Below the pieces are notes generated by a model that was not told the DNA's origin, did not search any database, and worked only from the letters and a program-made list of their open reading frames with translations. A program made the position numbers and the translations under genes. A stretch of 64,000 nucleotides of DNA from the human T2T-CHM13v2.0 reference genome, Homo sapiens. This document shows positions 54,741-64,000 of this stretch, in pieces (position 1 is the stretch's first letter; the number at the start of each line of letters is the position of its first letter). Location: NCBI RefSeq assembly GCF_009914755.1, contig NC_060935.1. One strand, given 5' to 3'.

Positions 54741-54859
54741 CTGTAAGGAGTTGGCATTCTGGCCACAGCTAATGATGATCCAACAGCTATTTAAGCAGCA
54801 GGCAACTTACAATATTCAAGCAAGAAAGAAAAGCACAGACAGCACACTCAGCCACATAC

Positions 54860-55143
54860 TTTTCAGAAATATCAGTGTTCTACAAACGCAGTGGAGGCTG
54901 GCTCTATTTAGTGTTCAAATTGGCTTGCCTCATTCAACAAATAGATCTTATGCTCAGCCTCTGGGAGTGAGTGCTGAAGACCTTTTCCCTTCTAATGGAG
55001 ATTGGATTTTGTTTGTGCTGTGGTGTTTTGTTCCTGTTTCCTTGTATGCATCTATTTACCAAGGAAGTAATTTCACTTCTTTGTGCTTTGCTTTGCCCAC
55101 CTGACTTGCTGGGAGGTTTTCTGGTGCTTATTTCATCTCCCAT
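54860..55143 (-). pseudogene. Candidate fossil exon upstream of a 119-nt intron (5' limit uncertain)
   Basis: Donor gaaaa|GTATGT; MGDEISTRKPPSKSGGQSKAQRSEITSLVNRC...RL*NTDISE(N) joins in phase 2 to 54740. Confidence 0.45.
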
Positions 55144-55943
55144 AGTGGAGACAATGCTTTATGCCTGCCTAGGTGGCACCACCATGAAAGGGGGCATGCC
55201 AGATATGGGGGTCACAAACACAGTTTGGCAACATGGTCTCATGGGGCATTTCCCAAACTGCATTACCCTATCAATCAGCATGTGTTTCTGAGCACTTTAT
55301 AGTTCTCTGTTAGATTTTGAAGGTGGTACAGAGATTTATTAAGCATGTTCACTGCCCTCCTGAAGGCAGCAAGCTAGCTGTGGAGACAAGACTAATGCAC
55401 ACCAAAGAGATAAAGTCCCCAAGCAAAGCTCCATGTGTGATTAAATGCCACAGTGAGGGAGACAGATTGGAAGAGCAGCTGGAATTGAGATAAAGACAAA
55501 ATCAGTGTTGACTGGGACAAATAGAGAGAGCCCCTGCTTTGATGTGGGCCAAGAATGTGGGTAGCATTAGAGAGCAAGCCCAGGAGGTGCAGAGGGTTCC
55601 AGGCCACGATTGTGACACATGTCACTCTACCTGTTGGGCTGCCCCAGGTCTCTTCCCCATCCAAATTCTTTCCCATGGCTTTAATACTGTCTAATAGGCC
55701 AATGATTCTTAAATGTATGACTCAAGCCAGGATCTCTCTGAGTTCCAGACTTGCACACCTATTGTTTACTTGATCTTTCCAATTGGTCATGACATAAGCA
55801 TTTTCAACTTAACATGACCAAATCAAAATTATTTTTTTCTTCTCCAAAACCCACTCCTCTTAAAGTCTTTCTCATATAATTAAATGACACCGCAAGTTAC
55901 CAGTTGCTTAGCCTGAGAATCTAGGAGTCATTCTTAATTCCAT

Positions 55944-56247
55944 TTTTTTTTTTTTTTTTTTTCGAGACAGAGTCTCTGTCACCCAGGCTGGAGTGCAGCG
56001 GCGCCATCTGAGCTCACTGCAACTTCCACCTCCCGTGTTCAAGTGATTCTCCTGCCTCAGCCTCCCAAGTAGCTGAGATTACAGGCATGTTACAGGCACC
56101 ACACCTGGCTAATTTTTGTATTTTTAATAGAGACAAGTTTTCGCCATATTGGCCAGCCTGCTCTCAAAGTCCTGACCCCAAGTGGTCCACCCACCTTGGC
56201 CCCCCAAAGTGCTGGGATTACAGGCCTGAGCCACTGTGCCCAGCCCA
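55944..56247 (-). mobile_element. AluS
   Basis: Antisense Alu dimer. Confidence 0.95.
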
Positions 56248-56826
56248 TTCTTGATTCTTCTTGTTCCCTTACATCCACATTTAGTTAGGAAGTTCTGCTG
56301 TTCAACTCTAACATATTGCACACATCCTGCCAGTCCCTACTATCTCCATTGCTATAACTCTAACCCAAATGACCATTATCTCTCGTAAACTACTATGATG
56401 ACCTCCCACTAGTAGGCCCAACTCCACTGTTGTCCCTCTATGTGCCGTTACCCACACAGTAGTCAGAACCATCTTTCTAAAGTGAAAATCAGGGCATTTG
56501 CTCTCTGGGTGAAAGTTCTTCAGTGGCTTTTCATTCCAGTAGAATAAAATCCAACTCCTTACCATGGCCCTGCATGATCTAACTCCTGCTTCCTTCTCTG
56601 ACCTCATCTCTCCCCACACAGCTCCAGTCACACAGGCCTTCTTTCACTCCTTCAAACATCCCAAGTTCACTCTAGCCCTGGCCTCTGCACCAGCTGTTGC
56701 CTCCGCCTGAAAAGTGTGTGACTCCCATTTCTTTATTCTCTTCAGCTGGAATATCTCCTCTACAAAAATAAAAAGATCACTCTCTATCCAATGGCTGTGT
56801 TTTATTTTCCTCCCAAGATTTATCTA

Positions 56827-57133
<307 letters not shown>

Positions 57134-57784
57134 TTATTTGTTTTTGAGTTTGCTCTCTGTCACTTCCCTGAGGATAAAATCCATGAGTACAAGTATTGTG
57201 TTCATTGCACTGTTTCTCCAGTGTGTAGAATAATGCTAATGAGTGCTCAATAAATGATTGTTCAATGAAACAAGCTGACGTGGAACGAGTCCCTATAGGG
57301 ATGGGAGGAAAATACAGTCTGAATGGGAGCGTGCAAACTTGGCAGGAGGACAGAACTCAGGGATGAGGTGGAGATCACAGGATACATCTCATGCATAGAC
57401 ACTGCTCTCATCTCATCTAGGCAATTTGGGTTTTAGACTTTGGAGAAGCCCTCAGAGAGAAGAAATCAAATAACAACGTATATGCCAGTATTTCTGTGTA
57501 CATACTGAGGGCACGAGGCAGACTATCCCATTGGCAGGAGAAGGTTACTGTTAACAGCAGTTTGACAGGAAGATGGTTGGAGCCTAAAGCAGAAGTGCCT
57601 CCTGTGTGCCAGATCTTTTCCCTAAGCACTTTGCATTCATTAGCTTATTTCATCCTTACAACAATTTCACTCTAAAATAGGTATTATTATTATCATTTTA
57701 TAGATTAGAAAAATCAAGGCTCAGAAAGGAGGTTATGGAGTGATATTTTGGCAGCATGTAAATAACCAATTCCTTTCACCTCAT

Positions 57785-57960
57785 GCAATGGTTTGTAACC
57801 TGGCGCTCATTAGAAATCACTGGGAGCTCCTGAATATCTTGATGCCCAGAAACCATTTCAGACCAATTTCATCAGACTCTCTGGTGGTAGGATATAGGTG
57901 TCAATAGTTTGCAAAGCTTCTCAGTAATTGCAGTGAGCAGCCAACCTTCACAACCACTGA
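57785..57960. mobile_element. MER5A-like hAT-Charlie MITE
   Basis: caatggtttgtaacctggc..tagaaatcactgggagct..acaaccactg. Confidence 0.75.
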
Positions 57961-58055
57961 TCTAATGGGTTTTGTGACCACTGATGATTCTGCTTGATCC
58001 ATGCCTCCATTTTTTAAATTAGGGGTTGAAAATTAGTGATATGCTAACCCTGTAA

Positions 58056-58474
<419 letters not shown>

Positions 58475-58659
58475 CTCATATACTTCTTATTCCATGCGGG
58501 AAACCCACATGGTTACACTAGTCAGATGTCAAAGAGGCTAATAGAAGGGGAGCCCACCAGGATTCTGACTCTCAAAACCCTCATTCAAAAATTATCTTGT
58601 GTATAATCTTTGATACCCTCGCTGTGTGATTATCTGGGCTGATTTTCTGTTTGGTCTCC

Positions 58660-59134
58660 GTATTAGTTTCCCATGGCCACTGGAACAAATTAACACAAAC
58701 TTGGAGGCTTAAAACAACAGAAAATTTCTCTTCTCACAGTTCTGGAGGCAGGAAGCCTGAAATCAGTTTCAGTGGATTGAAATAAAGGTGTCAGCAGGGC
58801 CATGCTTCCTCCAAGTTCTAGCAGAGATATTCCAGCATCTGGTGCTTGCTGGCATTCCTTGACTTGTGGTTGTGCCCATCCAGTCTCTGTCTCTGTGGTC
58901 ACATTGCCTCTTCTGGGTGTGTCAAATCTCCTTTGGGCTCTCTCTTATAAAACACCTGTGATTGCATTTAGGGCAAATCTGGGATAATTTAGGATCATCT
59001 CCTCATCTCAAAATATTTAGCTCAATCACATCTGCAAAAGGCATTCCCCCCCACCCCCCACCCTCTGTTAGTTAAGAGGTTCCAGAGATAAGGAGGTGGA
59101 TCTCCTTGGGAAGCCATTTTTCAACCTACCATAG
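58660..59134 (-). mobile_element. MLT1 (C-like) MaLR LTR
   Basis: gtattagtttccc..ggcttaaaacaacagaaaattt..ctcacagttctggaggc..ttcaacctacca. Confidence 0.85.
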
Positions 59135-59553
59135 TGTGACAGTTAATTTAATGCTGACACACTTCCCTGGGCCACAGGGGGCTTAGAGATTTGGTCAAAC
59201 GTGATTCTGGGTATTTCTGTGAGGGAGGTTTTGGATGAGATTAACATTTAAGTCGGTGGACTGGGTAAAGCAGATTGCCCTACATAATGTGGGTGGGGTT
59301 TATGCAATCAGTTGAAGGTCTGAGTAGAACAACTGACCCTCTTCCTAAGAGCATTTTCCTGCCTGATGGCCTTCAAACTGGAACATCTTCCTGCCACCTA
59401 CCAGCCTTCAGACTCCAACTGGGACATCAGCTCCGAAGATTTTGAAGTTGCCAGCCTCCATAATCATATTAGCCAATTCTTTAAAATAAATCTCTTTCTC
59501 TGTATGTACACATCCTATTGGTTCTTTTCTCTGGAGAACCCTGACTAGTATAA
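59135..59553 (+). mobile_element. MLT2 (ERVL) LTR
   Basis: tgtgacagttaattt..ttggatgagattaacattt..ctggagaaccctgactagta. Confidence 0.85.
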
Positions 59554-59691
59554 CAGTCTCAGGAGAAGACCAGCCTTATGAGGAATCAGTCAAGATGTGG
59601 TTTTCCTCTTTTCACTCCCTCCCTCCTCCTAAATCCTATCAATATTACCTCTTCTCCTAAATCCTATCAGAGGAGGAAAATATATATGTAT

Positions 59692-60018
59692 AGAGGTTGA
59701 GTATCCCTTATCCAAAATGCATTTCAGTAGTGTTTCATGTTTTGGATTTTTTTAGATTTTGGAATATTTGCATATATATAATAAGAAATCCTGGGGATGG
59801 AACCCAAATCACAAAATTCACTCATGTTTCATATATACCTTATACATGTAGACTGAAAGTAGTTTTATACAAGATTTTAAATAATTTTGTGCATGAAACA
59901 AAGTTTGTGTACATTGAAACATCAGAAAGCAAAGGTGTTACTATCTCATGCCAGTGTTCAAAAGGTTTTAGATTTTGGAGCATTGTGAATTTCAGATTTT
60001 TAGATTAGGGAAGCTCAA

Positions 60019-60022
<4 letters not shown>
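59692..60022. mobile_element. Tigger4b/MER46B-like MITE
   Basis: TIRs aggttgagtatcccttatccaaaa ... tttagattagggaagctcaatct. Confidence 0.8.

Positions 60023-60066
<44 letters not shown>
60022..60066. repeat. (TG)n microsatellite
   Basis: Read directly from the sequence. Confidence 0.97.
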
Positions 60067-60067
<1 letters not shown>

Positions 60068-61151
60068 ATGCGTGCAACCTAGCAATCACCTATTAGAATA
60101 TTAGAAATGCCCATCTCCCTGCAAGTATTAACAACTCAGTCTCCTCTCCCTCTCCTTCTCTGTAATTTCACTTCCTTTGTATTACAAAAACCTAAAAATT
60201 ATCTTTGTTCTTGCTCTTCTCGTTCTGTCTCCTTTTAATTTATATATATTAACTTCTATTCCTCAACTTTATGATAGTTAAACATTTTTCATCTTCTTTC
60301 AAGATTTGCTCCACAGTTAATCTCAGAATGTGTTTCCATAGCTTCCTGTGCTTCTTAATAAAGTTAGGCAATGCTAGATTTCAACAGAAAAGAAGGATGT
60401 AAATCTCTCAGATAATATCCCACTTCATTCCAGACCTGTGGTTTTGTTGTTGTTGTTGCTGTTTGTCTTGTTTTGTTTTGTTTTGTTTTGTTTTTTGCAG
60501 GACAGTTTAACCTTGTCTTTCTACAGTTTGGCGAGGCTCATCAGATCTCAATTGGTTCCACAGTCTTTTCCCCTACTTGAGTTCTCAAATAGCTCTATTT
60601 AACATCAATATTTCTTTCTGTGTTCATGGCAGGTGGTAATTCATTTGTAAGTGTTCACTTGGCCTTGAATGTCTTTCACAGTATTCTGTCACCAACCGAG
60701 GGAAGGAAAGTGCAGTGCAGAGGCACCAACCAGCATGCCAAAAAACAATTATATCCTTATGCTGGGCATCCTATCCAAGAAACTTCACACCGGGTTTTTT
60801 TTTTTAATCCCTTGCTTTCCAATTTCTCAGGGAGGTACATAAGTGTCCTCACATTTTACAGGGAAACAAGATAGTACTTGATATTAAATTACAACAATCA
60901 AGGCACTGCATTACAGGAACATGACTTTTTTAGTTCTGTTTATTTGTAATAGCTAAAATACTTCCTACCATGTCAAATAAAGTGTATTTTCTATTAACTC
61001 ACATATACTTCTCATCAAGCCGATACTCCTACTATGTGACTCTGTTGCTAGACCTCAATTATTCGGAAAAGTTTAAAAATTGGGTGTGTGGATAATTTAC
61101 TTTTCTGGTAACTCAAAAGAAAATCATTTTTATTCTCAATCTTTATTACTA

Positions 61152-61493
<342 letters not shown>

Positions 61494-61921
61494 TCAGTCT
61501 CAGTAAGTATGGAATAATAGACATAATTGACTTAGTTCTAGATGACTAGGGACCTTGCAATATGGTGGGATGAATATTCTAAAAAAAAGAAACTATAACC
61601 AGAGCAAATGTTCTTCATCTGGGGCTCAGATAGAGCTCCATGGTTTATGAACAGCCTGAAGTTATATACAAAATATAGTACATTTTTCTTTGAGAAAGTT
61701 GATAATTTTTATGAAATTTTTAAAGGAGCTGAGATGAAAATAGACCACCTTTTTAGAATATGCAATGTATGTAGAACATGATACTAATTATAAAAGTTTT
61801 TTTTAACTACAAAAAAAAAAAACACCTACATATTCCTGTTCACGGCTCTACATAAATATAGTAAAGTATAAATCCTCCTTGGAGTTGATAAACACCAAAT
61901 TCAGAATAGGGCTGACCTCGG

Positions 61922-62295
61922 TGCCTTAGTTTCCTCAGGCTGCCATAAGAAAATAGTATAGACTTGGTGGTTTAAGCAGCACAAATATATTTCCTTATAG
62001 TTCTGGAAGCTGGAAAGTTCAAGATCAAGCTTTCTGCTGATACAGTTCCTGGTGAGGGCTCTCTCCCTGGCTTGCAGACGGTCACCTTCTCACTGTATTC
62101 TCACATGGCAAAGAGAGCTCTGGTGTTTCTTCCTCTTCTTATAGGACAACCAGCCGTATGAGATTAGGGACCCATTCTTATGACCTCATTTAACCTGAAT
62201 TTCCTCCTTAGAGGCCTCATCTCCAAATACAGTCACATTGGTGGTTAGGCTTCCACCTATGAATTTTCCAGGGGAAACACTATTCAGACCATAGC
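61922..62295 (-). mobile_element. MLT1A-like MaLR LTR
   Basis: tgccttagtttcctcaggctgccataag..tggcttgcagacgg..attcagaccatagca. Confidence 0.85.
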
Positions 62296-64000
62296 ACTCT
62301 GAGAAAGGGAAATGAAAAAGGAATGGGATTGGAAGATACATGGAGAGTTTTGAGACTATATACAGTGTTTTTCTTTTAAATAAATAAATAAATAAATACT
62401 TGAAGCCAGTGTGGCAAAATTTGAAATCTAACAGGGTAAGATATATATGAGTTCTCGTTATATAATTCTCTATGATCAAAATATTTTTAAAAACAAGAAA
62501 AAACCAAGCACGAACTTGTTTAGATTTTACTAGAGTGTAAGCTCCACATGGGCAAGGATTTGTTCCCTACTATACCCACATTCCTTAAAGCAATGCCTGG
62601 TCCAGAATTGGCATTCGTTATATATTTGTTGAATTGAATGAAAAGCAATGGATAGGAAATTAACTTGTATCATTCCTGAGCCAAAAATGCTCAACAACCT
62701 TAAGGTAATGTTGTATTCATTGTCTAGGATTTATTTCCATAAATGAATATTAAAAATCACCTTAACATACAGGAAATAACGGCCTAAGTATCAAAATGAT
62801 AATAGTAGTGAACCCAGGTGTGAATGCAATATCTTAATTTATCATAGAATTGATGTGTCAGAGGTTTGGGATTAAACTTGACTTTTTAAAATATTATTCA
62901 TGCCAATTACATTCCCTTCTAAGGAAATACGACTTCCCCCCAGCCCTGCTAAGGGATGGCAGCAACGATATCTAACGTAGTGCCTGTCTCTCCGTGACTG
63001 TAACTGATGGAATCAATGTGGGCACCTGAGCTTGGAGTGCCTCATCTTTTAGCTCACCAGCAAGCTATGAACTGGGTGAACTGTTTCAAAAGAATAAGCT
63101 GAGACAATCAGATGCCTCTCTAGTAAAAGAGTTCATGGAAACTGACAGATGGAGCAATTGACAGCAAAGGCAGAAACTGAAAATTAAGAACTGTCATAAA
63201 GTAGAGGAAGTTGAGGCAATCATGGTGGACCAGGTAAAGGCCAAAGTTATAAGAAAAATGAAAAGTTTGCATATAAAAATGCAGATGAAGGCAAATGGTA
63301 AGGGGAGGAGCATAGAACAGACAGAAAAAGAGATGTTGAGAGAGACGGAAAGAGAAAGGAAGGCTGAGATCATTCCTAAATCAACCTAACTAAAAATCAT
63401 CTCATCAACCTCCTTATTTTATAAGCCTAAAAATTGATAAGTAGCTGACTTGCCCAAGGTCAAGAGTGATGGGGAAAACACCCTTGCTTCAGTCTTTTAA
63501 TCTTACTTCGTGCTTCTCAAATTCTATAATGACTCCAGTGATGAGGAGAGTGATGAGGGCTCAGAGGGCACAATCTAAATACGAAATTCCTCTGAAGTTG
63601 CAGTCTATTCCATGGCACCTCTGCTTTAATATATGATGATATTTAAATGCATGGTATATGGAAGTGTATCACACTTGATCTTGTGGTTCTCTACTCTGCT
63701 CAGCACACTGCATATACTCCCAGTTTGAGAAGAAGGCTCTATCACAATCCAGGACTATCTTCATTCCCACATCTGGCAGTTTCAGGTGGAATTCTTTGAA
63801 TGTGAACTCTCTCCAAGCGTGTAATAGACATTCATTTGGACAAGATCAGATAGATGGACTTCAGGTGGACTCTTGCCTGCAGAGTTATCACCTATACTTA
63901 TGAGTCCCTAAAGCCTCCAGCCTTCTGGAGTCAATCTTCCCTTTAACAGCTTGTTTCAGCAGCGTGACCATCATCATTTCATATGCTGTGAGATGGCCAG

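Noticed and set aside
54811-54857. Signal-peptide-like MWLSVLSVLFFLA* before a GTAAGT donor at 54810
   Set aside because: It contains a stop and implies a 70-nt intron. It is better explained as T-rich intron sequence following the 54860 donor.

Overview
Primate, human-like genomic DNA: rich in Alu, L1, L2, MIR and MaLR repeats, with no CpG island and no intact protein-coding gene that I can support. Firm features are a processed RPSA pseudogene (+, ~4490-5470), an intronless internal RBBP8/CtIP retrocopy fragment (-, ~7570-8030) and many nested transposons. The nested elements include a twin-primed inverted L1 inside Tigger3b, a two-LTR MST element with its TSD, THE1/LTR16/LTR40 solo LTRs, two L3/CR1 relics and an orphan ERVL protease fragment. 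The most interesting signal lies in the non-repeat islands between ~55 kb and ~2 kb. They repeatedly hold minus-strand segments bounded by polypyrimidine-AG acceptors and GT donors. These can be joined in phase into stop-riddled E/K/Q/L-rich, partly heptad-like peptides such as ICLFKDNLRLQ|ELILRSLQEK*IA*QELETLKEKLIEEDFMNDEL*N. I read this as a probable fossil multi-exon (unitary) pseudogene of an unidentified coiled-coil protein, whose introns host the two retrocopies. The model was built by eye and needs cross-species alignment. Repeat boundaries and subfamily names are approximate and come from recalled consensus sequences.
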